A stretch of DNA of 64,000 nt from Bdellovibrio sp. (GTDB taxonomy: Bacteria > Bdellovibrionota > Bdellovibrionia > Bdellovibrionales > Bdellovibrionaceae): positions 2,649,132 through 2,713,131 of the forward strand of contig JAKFCY010000002.1 in NCBI GenBank assembly GCA_036676395.1, given 5' to 3'. The translations under genes were made by a program, and so were the position numbers. Positions 37,745 through 47,879 of the stretch are shown here, piece by piece. Within the stretch, counting starts at the first letter, position 1; each line of letters starts with the position of its first letter. The notes beneath the pieces were generated by a model, which did not search any database, had not been told where the DNA came from, and was given only the letters and a program-made list of their open reading frames with translations.

Positions 37745-40301
37745 GACCTCCCTCGTTTTTAAGCAAGGCTAGTGGTTGTAATGATCTTAATGGTCGCATC
37801 GACACTTTTAAAACTCCAAAGGTAAGTGAAACTAAAACTACAATTAAAGATAACATCGACACATAGTCAAAATAAATCCCCAATTTAAACATCACACCCA
37901 TAATCACATAGGCAATCAATGACCCTAAACCTAATCCGACCAATAAACTTAAAAACGCAATTAAGCTAAATTGCGTAATCATAATGCGGTAAAGCTGCTC
38001 TTGGGTCGAACCCAGCACTTGCAGTAAGTTCATTTCATTAATACGCTCACCCACTTGGGTGTTGATCAGAATAATAAAGATAAAAAATCCAACCACTAGT
38101 GCAAGGGTTGCCATAATTTGTAAAGCCAAAGCCATTTGATCAATAAACACTAAAGACTTTTCTACACTTTGTTTCACATTAATAATTGAAATATTAGCAA
38201 AACGATCAACCACTGCATTTTGAAGAGCGCGCACTTGTTCTTGGTTAATTTGTTTCACTGCACTTAAATACACTTGCGGAGCTTCTTCTAAAACACCCGG
38301 TTGAAAAGTAATAAAAAAGTTTGGCTGAAAGCTTGTCCAGCGCACTCGGCGAAGTGAGGTGACTTTACCCTTGATTTCTAAACCCTGAACATCAAAAGTC
38401 ATGATATCGCCAAGTTTAGCACCGATACGTTCAGCGTATTTTTCTTCTAAGCTGATTTCTGGAATTTCGCCCACAGTTGACGAAAACCATTTTCCATCTA
38501 ACAAACTTTCTGAATCCTGCAGATCAGCCTTATAAGTTAAATTCACACCGCGGTTTCTAAAACGAGCTTCATTTTCAGATTCGCGGGTTTTGAAAAAACC
38601 CTGTTCTTCAACGCGCTCATAACTTAAATCATTAATTTTTAAAATGCGCGAACGCACAAGCGGAGTCATATCCAGATCTTGTCCGGTTTTATCTTTAACG
38701 ATCTTAATCAGTTCGTCTTTTTGATCCATCTGAATATCAAACATAAACACTGATGGAATTTTAGAACTGACTTCAGGTCTAACTTCTTCAACGATCGATT
38801 TTTTAATATGCGGCAGTAACGTTAATACCACGACCGATAAGGTCATAGTCATAAAAATTAAATCAGTAGAACCAGGTTTTCTGATCAGACTTAAAAAAGC
38901 ATAACGTAATTCAAAATCAAATTTATCAACGATCAGCGCCGTAAACTTACGTAAACCAGAAATAAAAAACCATGCAGCAACCGTGGCTCCTAAAAGCCCG
39001 ATAATAAACAGTGATCCCGTTTGCAATGAATGACTTTGCCAAACCGCTAAACCCCAAAAAACTAACCCTACGCTGCTGGCCCAGATTAATTTCGTGCGCC
39101 CTGATAAACCGCTTTGCGAAATCTCTTGGCGCAGTAAAATCAAAGGATTCATCGACATTGCGGCCAAATAGGTAGGAATCGCAATTAACTGCGGCCCTAA
39201 CACGACAACAAAAAAGCTAATTAGAATTTGCGTTGGACTGATGGTTAAACGAATGGCGATTTTAAAATAGTTATCTAATAAGGCTTGTAGGGGTGATAGG
39301 GCTAAAAGCACCGCTGATAGTGCGATAACAAATGAACCCACAGATAAAATCAGATTTTTTAACACCTGCACTTTTAAAATCGAAGTTTCTGGCAATCCCA
39401 AGATTTTATAAATCGCGATGGTTTTTTTCTGAATCTGAAAAAACCAATTCAACATATAACTTAAACATAAAAAGCACAGGCCAATTGAAATTAATGACAC
39501 TAAACCAAGATAATCAATCAAGTATCTAAAGACCCGGTTACCGCCATCATCTTCTTGCAGCGCGCTGCTAAATCGCAGCGATGGGTCTAAATAAATTTTT
39601 TCTAATTCAGCTTTAAACACATCGGCAGAAGTCGGGTCATTTAATTGGTATAGAAAACTTGTAGTGATCGTACTGCCGGCTTTAACTAAGTTCGTCGCTG
39701 CCAAATCAGCTTCATTAATTAAGATAAACGGTGCAAGTGCACCTAATCTAAAAGTGCGCGACGGATCAGAAGTTAAAATTCCGGATAAAGCTAAATCCAA
39801 ATCGCCGACTTTTAATTTTGCTGCTGGTAAATCAGTGATCTTTAATTGATCGACTAATTCTGGATCAACATAAACTTCGCCAGAATTAACTTTGGTTAAA
39901 ACACTATCAACGCCAGCAGAAGTTTTAACTTCTAATTTACCGTAAACCGGATAATTTTCACCGACCGAGCGAACTAACACCAAACGCGACTGTTCGCCAA
40001 ATTTAATCATGGCAAAAAAGTCTGTAGACTTTGCTTTTTTGATAAACTTAAGACCTACTTTTTCTTCGATGGTTTTAACTTCTTCATCAGTAATTAGCCG
40101 ACGAGCTGAAATCACCATATCGCCGCCAAGGATTTCTTGGGCTTTATCTTTAGTTTGTTGATCAAGGCTTGCCTGAAACACCTGCAAGAATAAAAATCCT
40201 AAAAAACCTAAGACTAAATTGAATACGAAAAAAGAATTAAGCTTTTTTTGCGCGAATAGATCTTTTTTAACAAAAGTAAAGAGTTTAGAAAAACTTTGCA
40301 T
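37728..40301 (-). CDS. YbbP-like FtsX-family ABC permease
   Basis: 857 aa, duplicated TM clusters, LGGD, FMFDIQ and RRVRWTSFQPNFF motifs; downstream of an ATPase and tesA. Confidence 0.88.
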   Translation of the reverse strand: MQSFSKLFTFVKKDLFAQKKLNSFFVFNLVLGFLGFLFLQVFQASLDQQTKDKAQEILGGDMVISARRLITDEEVKTIEEKVGLKFIKKAKSTDFFAMIKFGEQSRLVLVRSVGENYPVYGKLEVKTSAGVDSVLTKVNSGEVYVDPELVDQLKITDLPAAKLKVGDLDLALSGILTSDPSRTFRLGALAPFILINEADLAATNLVKAGSTITTSFLYQLNDPTSADVFKAELEKIYLDPSLRFSSALQEDDGGNRVFRYLIDYLGLVSLISIGLCFLCLSYMLNWFFQIQKKTIAIYKILGLPETSILKVQVLKNLILSVGSFVIALSAVLLALSPLQALLDNYFKIAIRLTISPTQILISFFVVVLGPQLIAIPTYLAAMSMNPLILLRQEISQSGLSGRTKLIWASSVGLVFWGLAVWQSHSLQTGSLFIIGLLGATVAAWFFISGLRKFTALIVDKFDFELRYAFLSLIRKPGSTDLIFMTMTLSVVVLTLLPHIKKSIVEEVRPEVSSKIPSVFMFDIQMDQKDELIKIVKDKTGQDLDMTPLVRSRILKINDLSYERVEEQGFFKTRESENEARFRNRGVNLTYKADLQDSESLLDGKWFSSTVGEIPEISLEEKYAERIGAKLGDIMTFDVQGLEIKGKVTSLRRVRWTSFQPNFFITFQPGVLEEAPQVYLSAVKQINQEQVRALQNAVVDRFANISIINVKQSVEKSLVFIDQMALALQIMATLALVVGFFIFIILINTQVGERINEMNLLQVLGSTQEQLYRIMITQFSLIAFLSLLVGLGLGSLIAYVIMGVMFKLGIYFDYVSMLSLIVVLVSLTFGVLKVSMRPLRSLQPLALLKNEGGLVDSK

Positions 40302-40984
40302 TAGACGCCCTGTGAAACTGCATGCAAAGCTCCGCCGTGCAATTTATAAATCTTATCGCAACGACGAGCCAGTTCCATATCATGAGTTACAAGCATCGTT
40401 GTGGTATTGTGCAGACGAATCTGTTCGAAAAATAAATTCATCACTTTTTCGCCGGTTTCACTGTCTAAACTACCCGATGGTTCATCGGCTAATAATAAAC
40501 TTGGTTTAATCACCAATGCCCGAGCTAAAGCTAAACGCTGTGATTCACCACCACTAAGCTGTGTGGGTTTATGATCAAGCCTGTGGCCAAGGCCCACTTG
40601 ATTTAATAAATCGATCACATCTTTTTTAACGACGGGTTTATTTAAAATTTCTAAAGGTAGCGTCACGTTTTCATAAGCCGTTAAATGACTGACTAAATGA
40701 TACTGCTGAAACACAACACCAATATGGCTTGCGCGAAAATTTGTTAAATCATTACCGCGTAAGCTTTGTAAACTTTTACCATGAATTAAAATTTCGCCCT
40801 GATCTGGCTGATCCAATCCTGAAACTAATCCTAACAGGGTGGATTTTCCTGAACCCGATGAGCCAACCACAGCCACCACTTCGCCGGTATCAACAGTTAA
40901 ACTGAGTTCATGGAGGATAGTCATCTTTTCGCTGGTTTCGCCGGCCAACTGATACGATTTTTGCAAATTATTAATTGTGATCAT
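40301..40984 (-). CDS. YbbA-like ABC ATPase
   Basis: GSSGSGKST, LSGGESQR and LADEPSGSLD motifs. Confidence 0.9.
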   Translation of the reverse strand: MITINNLQKSYQLAGETSEKMTILHELSLTVDTGEVVAVVGSSGSGKSTLLGLVSGLDQPDQGEILIHGKSLQSLRGNDLTNFRASHIGVVFQQYHLVSHLTAYENVTLPLEILNKPVVKKDVIDLLNQVGLGHRLDHKPTQLSGGESQRLALARALVIKPSLLLADEPSGSLDSETGEKVMNLFFEQIRLHNTTTMLVTHDMELARRCDKIYKLHGGALHAVSQGV

Positions 40985-40985
40985 A

Positions 40986-41606
40986 TTATTTACCTAAAAG
41001 TTTTTTAACAAAGGGATACAGGTTATCAGCTACAATTTGATGGCCTTTTTCGTTCGGATGAATGCCATCAGCTAAATTAAGATTTTTATCGCCTGCGACT
41101 TTTTCTAATAAGAAAGGGGCCAATTGAATTTTATTTTTCGCGGCGACTTTGGCATACACGGCAGAGAATTTTTTTTCATAATCCTTACCGTAATTCGGCG
41201 GCACATGTAATTGCCCCAACGAAACGGCGATATTATTTTTTTTAGCCCATGCAATCGTGTCGTTTAAATTTTTTTCGGTCTGCTCAGGTTTAAGACCACG
41301 CAAACCATCGTTACTGCCAAGTAAGACTAACACCATGTCGGGTTTATCTTTAGCGATCCATTTAATACGTTGAAGCCCTGAAGCTGAGGTAGAACCGCTT
41401 GAACCAGAGCTAATAACTTTCCATGGTAATTTATCTTGTTCGACTTTTTTTTGCAGTAGTGCAGGAAATGCGGCCGTTTGAGCTACGCCGTAACCTTCGG
41501 TCAGAGAATCTCCAAGAATAACAAATTTCTTCAGAGGTGTTTCAGCAGAAAATGCTGTTAAAGAAAAAACAAAAATGGCGAAAAAAAAGATCCTAGCTGT
41601 AATCAT
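40986..41606 (-). CDS. tesA: Arylesterase/thioesterase I (GDSL/SGNH)
   Basis: GDSLTEGYG, LGSNDGLRG, PPNYG and DGIHPN motifs; signal peptide; tesA-ybbA-ybbP synteny. Start codon uncertain. Confidence 0.9.
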   Translation of the reverse strand: MITARIFFFAIFVFSLTAFSAETPLKKFVILGDSLTEGYGVAQTAAFPALLQKKVEQDKLPWKVISSGSSGSTSASGLQRIKWIAKDKPDMVLVLLGSNDGLRGLKPEQTEKNLNDTIAWAKKNNIAVSLGQLHVPPNYGKDYEKKFSAVYAKVAAKNKIQLAPFLLEKVAGDKNLNLADGIHPNEKGHQIVADNLYPFVKKLLGK

Positions 41607-41648
41607 GCAGAGAAGTTTAATTCTAAACACTCTGCATTAGCTAGGATC
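41581..41648 (-). terminator. Long imperfect hairpin plus U-tract overlapping the tesA start
   Basis: GATCCTAGCT/AGCTAGGATC, ATGCAGAG/CTCTGCAT and GTTTA/TAAAC stems followed by T8 on the minus strand. Confidence 0.65.
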
Positions 41649-41688
41649 AATCGATAATAACTATTTAATTATATCTTACGAGACAGAA

Positions 41689-42141
41689 CTAGTATGAATT
41701 TCCGCCGCGATCACCACCGCCAGAACGTCCACCACCGTAGCCGCCACCGCCGCCAGAACGACCACCGCCGCCTCCGCCGCCGCCGTAACCACCACCAGAA
41801 CGACCTCCGCCGCCTCCGCCACCGCCGAAGCCACGACCACCGCCGCCGCCACCGCCGCCGAAACCACGTCCGCCGCCGCCACCAGTGCGAGGCTCTTGAG
41901 GTTTAGCTTCAGAAACACGTACTGCACGACCACCGATAGTTTGACCATCCATTTTTTGGATAGCTGTATCAGCGCTAGCATCGTCTTCGATTTCTACGAA
42001 TCCGAAACCTTTACTACGACCAGACATTTTATCCATCACTACGCGAGCTGATGTGATAGTTCCAAAAGATGCAAACGCCTGTTGTAATTCGTCATCTGTT
42101 ACTGAGAACGCTAAGTTCCCTACATAAATCTTCTTTGCCAT
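41689..42141 (-). CDS. RRM RNA-binding protein with Gly/Arg-rich tail
   Basis: IYVGNL (RNP2), KGFGFVEI (RNP1), poly-Gly tail; GGAGG RBS before ATG 42141. Confidence 0.95.
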   Translation of the reverse strand: MAKKIYVGNLAFSVTDDELQQAFASFGTITSARVVMDKMSGRSKGFGFVEIEDDASADTAIQKMDGQTIGGRAVRVSEAKPQEPRTGGGGGRGFGGGGGGGGRGFGGGGGGGGRSGGGYGGGGGGGGRSGGGGGYGGGRSGGGDRGGNSY

Positions 42142-42390
42142 GTTTCCTCCGGGCAATTTTTTTTAAACGGACCCTCGAACCTAGAACTGATTGCCTGCGG
42201 GAAAACCTTAAGGACACTCGAACTCTCTCTGGGATCACTTTTTTATTTACCTGATGATCAATTTGATTTTTCTGGTAAACAAAATTCTTATTATTAAGCC
42301 TAAATTATCGCCAACATCTTTCAACAGGAAAATTACTTCCGCTAGTCTTATGACTAACCGCCGAAAAATCTTAACAAAACTTTCACTAAC

Positions 42391-42873
42391 TTAGTGATGA
42401 GCATGACCATGTAAACCATGGGCATGACCGTGTAACACTTCATCAGCAGTAGCTTCACGAACTAACGCTACTTCGATATCAAAAACTAAATCAGTACCTG
42501 CTAGTGGATGGTTTCCGTCTAATGTTACGTGGGTATCATTGATTTTAGAAACCGTAACAATTTTAACACCTTCGCCTAATTGCAGTTGAAGATGAGATCC
42601 AACCTGAAGATCTTTTAAATGTTCAAGTTCTTGTTTTGGGACTTCCATCACCATATCAGCGCGAACTTCACCGTAAGCTTGAGCTGCCGGAACAGAAATT
42701 TGCTTTTTATCACCTTCATTAAGAGTGATAATTTCAGCTTCAAGACCTGGAATGATTTGGCTACGTCCAGTTAAGAACGGCATTGGTTGATTTGGTTCTG
42801 AGGCATCGATTAGATCGCCTTTAGTGTTTTTCAGAACGTAATTGAACGCGATCACGCGTGGTGTACTAGACAT
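42391..42873 (-). CDS. slyD: FKBP-type peptidyl-prolyl isomerase SlyD
   Basis: IIPGLE, AYG, LDGNHPLAG and a His-rich tail. Confidence 0.93.
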   Translation of the reverse strand: MSSTPRVIAFNYVLKNTKGDLIDASEPNQPMPFLTGRSQIIPGLEAEIITLNEGDKKQISVPAAQAYGEVRADMVMEVPKQELEHLKDLQVGSHLQLQLGEGVKIVTVSKINDTHVTLDGNHPLAGTDLVFDIEVALVREATADEVLHGHAHGLHGHAHH

Positions 42874-43023
42874 AAAAGCCCCTATTTTCGAGTAAAACTG
42901 GACCTTTGTTTAGCTAGTATTTCAAAGAGAGACAAGCAAAAAGACTTGGTAAAACAAATGCTTATTCTAGACATAAAGATTTTAGATGTGGCACCGGGGC
43001 ATCTTCCCCCTTATACTTGATAT

Positions 43024-43593
43024 ATGGTCGCACTGGACATGGTTTCTACAACCAGATCCCCGTTAGCTGATATAAGCACTAGCTTAAAAGCCTTGGTGTT
43101 AAACGCCAGCTACGAACCTTTACGCATAGTTTCTTGGCAAAAAGCCTTAATTCTTTGGTTCCAAGATAAAGTCGAAATTCTTGAATATCATAAAGCCTTT
43201 GTTAGCTCGGTCAGAGAAACCTTCGATTTACCCAGCGTGATGAAGCTTAAATCTTATGTCAGGCCCAAGAGAATCGACGGCGTTCGATTTTGTCGTGAAA
43301 ACGTTTACATCCGCGATAACTTCACTTGCCAATATTGTGTGAAAAAGTTTGCTCAAAAAGAACTCACAATCGATCACGTGCTGCCGGCTTCGCAAGGCGG
43401 CCCCAAGATTTGGACTAACGTTGTCTCTGCATGTCGTAAATGTAACCAAACAAAAGCTAACCGCACTCCTGAAAAAGCAGGGATGCCTTTACTGCGCCCA
43501 CCAAGGGTTCCAAGCTGGTTACCGGTTTTAGAGCACGAGATCCTGACCGAAAAAATTCCTGGCAGCTGGAAAGATTATTTAAGATTTAAGTAG
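43024..43593 (+). CDS. HNH endonuclease (McrA-like)
   Basis: LVLNASYEPL, RDNFTCQYC, TIDHVLP, WTNVVSACRKCN and KANRTP motifs. Confidence 0.92.
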   Translation: MVALDMVSTTRSPLADISTSLKALVLNASYEPLRIVSWQKALILWFQDKVEILEYHKAFVSSVRETFDLPSVMKLKSYVRPKRIDGVRFCRENVYIRDNFTCQYCVKKFAQKELTIDHVLPASQGGPKIWTNVVSACRKCNQTKANRTPEKAGMPLLRPPRVPSWLPVLEHEILTEKIPGSWKDYLRFK

Positions 43594-43614
43594 TTCTTTG
43601 TTACGCTGATCTGC

Positions 43615-44088
43615 ATGTCACACCCTTCATCTAACATTTCAATCGAACAAATTATGGCTTCACAAACAATCGATCTGCGCACGCGTATTTTGCGTCCGGG
43701 GCAACCGATCGAAATCTGTCATTATCCAGAAGATAATTTAAGCTCGACATTTCACTTAGGAGCTTTTGTTTCTGAAGAGGGTTTTGATCGCGTGCTTGCT
43801 GCCAACGGAACTTTTATGAAAGATGCTCATCAGTTTTTTCCCGAAGCTTTGAACCCTTACCGCCTTCGCGGAATGGCGACGGATTTTCATTACCGTGGTA
43901 TGGGATTGGGTTCGCAAATCATTCAACAGGCTGAAATGCTTTTGAAAGTTATGAACTGTGATTTACTTTGGTTTAATGCGCGCGAAAATGCATTTGCGTT
44001 CTATGAAAAAAATGGATTTACTCTGATCGGCGATATGTTTGATATTCCCGGCGCGGGCCCGCACAAAGTCATGTACAAGTGGCTATAA
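43615..44088 (+). CDS. GNAT-family N-acetyltransferase
   Basis: LRGMAT...RGMGLG, WFNARENAFAFYEKNGF and GPHKVM motifs. Confidence 0.9.
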   Translation: MSHPSSNISIEQIMASQTIDLRTRILRPGQPIEICHYPEDNLSSTFHLGAFVSEEGFDRVLAANGTFMKDAHQFFPEALNPYRLRGMATDFHYRGMGLGSQIIQQAEMLLKVMNCDLLWFNARENAFAFYEKNGFTLIGDMFDIPGAGPHKVMYKWL

Positions 44089-44106
44089 TCTCCGTAACAT
44101 TTAGGG

Positions 44107-45750
44107 ATGATAGTATCAATTACCCACAAATTATTAGTTAAAGAATTTACTGAAATCGTCTCTGAAACTAACGGCATCACGCTGACCGACACTTTAGATT
44201 TATTATTATCGTCGTCGTTAAAATCAAAAAACAGCGAAGCTTATGAATGTGTTGAAAGTTTTCAAAAACTTTTAAACCTGTTCATCACCAACCAACAACC
44301 TATTCATGTTTTGATCAAACACCCGTTTGCTTTGGTGTTAGAAGAATTTTTTAAACGTTTTCCGTTAAAATACCGTGAAGAGCATATTCACTTAACGGGC
44401 TCTTTAACTGCTGGTTTTTTGTGGTCTAAATTAAAACCATTACTTGAAGGCCCAGATGCTGCAATTTATGAACAAAAAATTAAAAATGCTTATGGCGCTG
44501 GTAGCTGGCCGATTAAATCGGCTGCTGATGTTGATAAATTAATTCGCTTAAAAGAAACTGAAGGCTTTTCTGAGTATTTAAAAATTCTTTATTTACCAAA
44601 ATTAATTTTTATCTCGCGCGAAGTTCACGCCGAAGCGGCTTACAGCATGGCTGAAGACCTTTACACGAATTTTAACGTGGGCCATGTGCGCTTAAAGTTT
44701 TCTTTAAGCCGGTCAACAGCTGATAGCGCTGAACAAATTCCTGGAATTGATTCAGTGACTGCGGATGATGTGGTGATGGGTTTATATGATGGGTTTAGTT
44801 CGTTTCAGAAAAAACATCCGGATTTTAAATTTATTCTTTCGCCGTCATTCAGAAAAGAACCTAGCTTTTTTGATTCGGCAAAATTTACGAATCGCAAAGA
44901 GCACTTTCAGCACCAAATTGATGAAATTATCAAATTAATCGAAAAATATCCTGAATTAAAAGAAGTTTTGACTGAAGCTGATACCGTCGGCGATGAACGT
45001 GAGATGTATTCAAAGCAGCATTTCTTTGAATTACAATCTGGTCTTCGCAAATTACAGTACAAAGGTTTTAAAATCAGATCGCATCACGGTGAAACTTGGC
45101 ACACGTTACGCCACGGCATTCAGGCCGTTGATAATGCGATGAACATTTGGCACATCGATACACTAGAGCACGGTATTTCATTAGGGATTAACCCGAACAG
45201 GTACTTTCACCGCTTGTACCAAAAAGTGATTAAAGAAAACCACATGGGTAAAGCGATTGCGAAAAATTCTCATGATGGTAAAGAATTACACGATTTAGAC
45301 TGGGGTCCGCACACGAATGTTTTAGCCAAACTTTTAGCTGGCGAAACATTAACTGAAAAAGAACGCACTCAGTTTTTAAAAACAAAATTTCACACTGCAC
45401 GTGAAATCGAACAGTACCAACATGATGTTTTAAACCGTCTGATTCAAAAAGGTGTCTCATTAGTGGCGCTGCCTTCGTCAAACAACAAACTGACTGGAAA
45501 ATTTGAAGATTACAAAGATCACCCGTTTTCTTGGTGGGAGAAAAAAAATGTTCAATTAGGTGTGGGTACGGATAATTACGTGACCTTAAACACTAATTAC
45601 ATTCAAGAGATGTTAATTTTATTATTAACTGACCCGATGAATTTAAAAATTACTAAACTTTTAATGGTGACCACGGGCGAAACTCGTCGTGCTTATTTAA
45701 GTCAGTTATTGTGGCAAATGCGAAAGGATATCAACAAAGATGTGGTTTAA
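44107..45750 (+). CDS. Adenosine/AMP-deaminase-like metallohydrolase
   Basis: HIHLTGSL, HHGE, LEHG, PSSN and GTDN motifs, with N-terminal and internal insertions. Confidence 0.75.
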   Translation: MIVSITHKLLVKEFTEIVSETNGITLTDTLDLLLSSSLKSKNSEAYECVESFQKLLNLFITNQQPIHVLIKHPFALVLEEFFKRFPLKYREEHIHLTGSLTAGFLWSKLKPLLEGPDAAIYEQKIKNAYGAGSWPIKSAADVDKLIRLKETEGFSEYLKILYLPKLIFISREVHAEAAYSMAEDLYTNFNVGHVRLKFSLSRSTADSAEQIPGIDSVTADDVVMGLYDGFSSFQKKHPDFKFILSPSFRKEPSFFDSAKFTNRKEHFQHQIDEIIKLIEKYPELKEVLTEADTVGDEREMYSKQHFFELQSGLRKLQYKGFKIRSHHGETWHTLRHGIQAVDNAMNIWHIDTLEHGISLGINPNRYFHRLYQKVIKENHMGKAIAKNSHDGKELHDLDWGPHTNVLAKLLAGETLTEKERTQFLKTKFHTAREIEQYQHDVLNRLIQKGVSLVALPSSNNKLTGKFEDYKDHPFSWWEKKNVQLGVGTDNYVTLNTNYIQEMLILLLTDPMNLKITKLLMVTTGETRRAYLSQLLWQMRKDINKDVV

Positions 45751-47311
45751 AAAAATATTTAATCGCAAGCAGTTAGCAATTTTAATTCTAGGTTTTGCTT
45801 CGGGTCTTCCGCTAGCTCTTACTGGTCAATCGCTGCAAGCTTGGCTGACCACAGATGGCGTTGATATTTCGACGATCGGTTTTTTTACTTTAGTGGGTTT
45901 ACCGTACACGTTTAAGTTTTTATGGGCTCCGCTGATGGATCGTTTTGAACTTCCATTCTTTGGCCGCCGTAAAGGCTGGCTAGTGGTAACGCAACTTGGC
46001 CTTGCTGGTTCGATGTTTTTAATTTCATTTTTCAAACCCAGCGAAAGTGCGCAGGCCGTTGCCCTAGTGGCCGTGCTGATTGCCTTTTTCTCGGCATCGC
46101 AAGATGTGGTTATCGATGCTTATCGCACGGATGTGTTAGATTCTCAGGAGCGCGGCTTTGGTTCGTCATTAACGGTATTTGGTTACCGCTTAGCGATGAT
46201 TTTATCTGGTGGTATCGCGTTTGTTTGGGCTGACACTGTGAGTGGCAATGGCATGCCATGGTCTCAGATTTATTCAATCATGGCAGTGATCATGATTGTG
46301 TTATCTGCGATTTCGTTATTTTTTATTCCGGCGGTTCCAAAAACTTCGGTGGCACCGACGACAAATGCAAAAAATGATTTAATTGGTTTTTTTGCTTTAG
46401 TAGTGGCTGTAGTTATTGGTTATCAATTTACAACAAGACTCGCTTCGCCTTTTGCGGCACAAGCTTTAGGGCCTATGTTTCCTGCACTTGAAGACGGAAA
46501 AATCAATCCTGATCTAAAAAAATGGGCCGACATGGTTTCATTATTATTGGGATTAGCATTTACGATTCCGCTAGCTTGGTTTGCATCGAAAAAAGCTAAG
46601 TTTGAAACTTTAAATATTTCATTAGCTAATTATTTCAGTATGAAAGGCGCCGGAGCTTTCTTGGCCTTAATCATTCTTTATAAATTAGGTGATGCATTTG
46701 CGGGATCATTATTAACACCGTTTTTAATAAAAGGGGCAGGCTACGCTCAGGCTGAAATCGGTGTGGTTAATAAAGTGTTTGGTATGTGGCTTACAATTTT
46801 TGGAGCTATTACCGGCGGTATTATCATGGTGCGCATCGGTTTATACCGCTCACTTTTATTTTTCGGCATTCTGCAGTTAATATCAAACTTTGGTTTTTGG
46901 TACGTGGCTGTGGCCGGTAAAGGCGCTTTAGGCGGATTCACGCTACCACCGTTTGATATCGTCATCGCTTCGTTAAAAGAAGCGACAAACATCGACTGGC
47001 TATTATTATTTGCGGTGGCAATCGAAAATTTAACTGGCGGAATGGGAACAGCGGCGTTTGTGGCTTTTCTAATGGCGCTATGTAATCAAAAATTTACCGC
47101 AACTCAGTACGCACTGCTTTCAGCGTTTGCCTCAGTTGGACGTGTTTGGGTGGGGCCTTTAGCCGGCGTACTTGTCACAAGCATTGGCTGGCCAAGTTTC
47201 TTTTTAGTGTCGGTTGTGATGGCGGTTCCGGGCTTATGGATGATCTTTACGATGCGCCAAACGATTCGCGCTCTTGAAGCCCCGGTGGGTGTAAGTTTAG
47301 CTGACGATTAG
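45740..47311 (+). CDS. ampG: AmpG-family muropeptide MFS transporter
   Basis: LGFASGLPL, KFLWAPLMD, GRRKGW, SASQDVVIDAYR and ATQYALLS motifs. Confidence 0.93.
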   Translation: MWFKKIFNRKQLAILILGFASGLPLALTGQSLQAWLTTDGVDISTIGFFTLVGLPYTFKFLWAPLMDRFELPFFGRRKGWLVVTQLGLAGSMFLISFFKPSESAQAVALVAVLIAFFSASQDVVIDAYRTDVLDSQERGFGSSLTVFGYRLAMILSGGIAFVWADTVSGNGMPWSQIYSIMAVIMIVLSAISLFFIPAVPKTSVAPTTNAKNDLIGFFALVVAVVIGYQFTTRLASPFAAQALGPMFPALEDGKINPDLKKWADMVSLLLGLAFTIPLAWFASKKAKFETLNISLANYFSMKGAGAFLALIILYKLGDAFAGSLLTPFLIKGAGYAQAEIGVVNKVFGMWLTIFGAITGGIIMVRIGLYRSLLFFGILQLISNFGFWYVAVAGKGALGGFTLPPFDIVIASLKEATNIDWLLLFAVAIENLTGGMGTAAFVAFLMALCNQKFTATQYALLSAFASVGRVWVGPLAGVLVTSIGWPSFFLVSVVMAVPGLWMIFTMRQTIRALEAPVGVSLADD

Positions 47312-47757
47312 TGACCAGCTAATTTTTTTGAATCAGCAAGATTCTTACGGGCTTCTGTAAGAATCTTGTGGGCTTTCGCGAAACTATTAAATATTTCATC
47401 GCCTGATTGTTTTTGCATTTCGATAGCGTTCGCTGAAAATTCAGTGCTTAACTCTTCTGTCATATCTAATTTTTCACCTAAGGCTTTTACTAAGCCCGGC
47501 GAGCTATATTCGCCGTTATCATCTTGTGATTCTTTTGATGCGTAACCAACTTCGTTTTGTAAATCACCGATTTTTTTTACGATTGTATCTAATTCTTTTT
47601 TCATTTCAGTCACTTGAAGATAAGCAGCGGCTTCTATACGGCCTTCTACTTGCTCATAGTCTTCAGGAGAATTTTGCGCTTGGGCAAACGTTGTCGCAGT
47701 TAAGGTTAAAAGAACTAAAGCGATTTTCGTGAATGTGGCTAAAAATGATAATTTCAT
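47308..47757 (-). CDS. Secreted helical hypothetical protein
   Basis: Signal peptide ending AQA; GGGAG RBS. Confidence 0.7.
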   Translation of the reverse strand: MKLSFLATFTKIALVLLTLTATTFAQAQNSPEDYEQVEGRIEAAAYLQVTEMKKELDTIVKKIGDLQNEVGYASKESQDDNGEYSSPGLVKALGEKLDMTEELSTEFSANAIEMQKQSGDEIFNSFAKAHKILTEARKNLADSKKLAGH

Positions 47758-47879
47758 AAATTACTCCCTGTTAACAGAAAGTAATGAAAGAAGCGTTCCA
47801 ACTGAGATTGCATTAAAGCGCCCGACGCTGTCTCAGATCGGGACGTGACTGTTAAGGCGCCGCTTTTGGGCGCACAGAA

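Noticed and set aside
41701..41885. GC-rich (CCG/CCA)n tract
   Set aside because: It is simply the poly-Gly tail of the RRM protein; the overlapping 41676-41981 and 41694-41906 ORFs are shadows.
47784..47846. sigma54-like elements and a GTCTCA-type site upstream of the 149-aa secreted gene
   Set aside because: Matches are imperfect (TGGAAC-N5-TTTC; CGGGCG-N5-ATGC) and not distinguishable from chance by eye.
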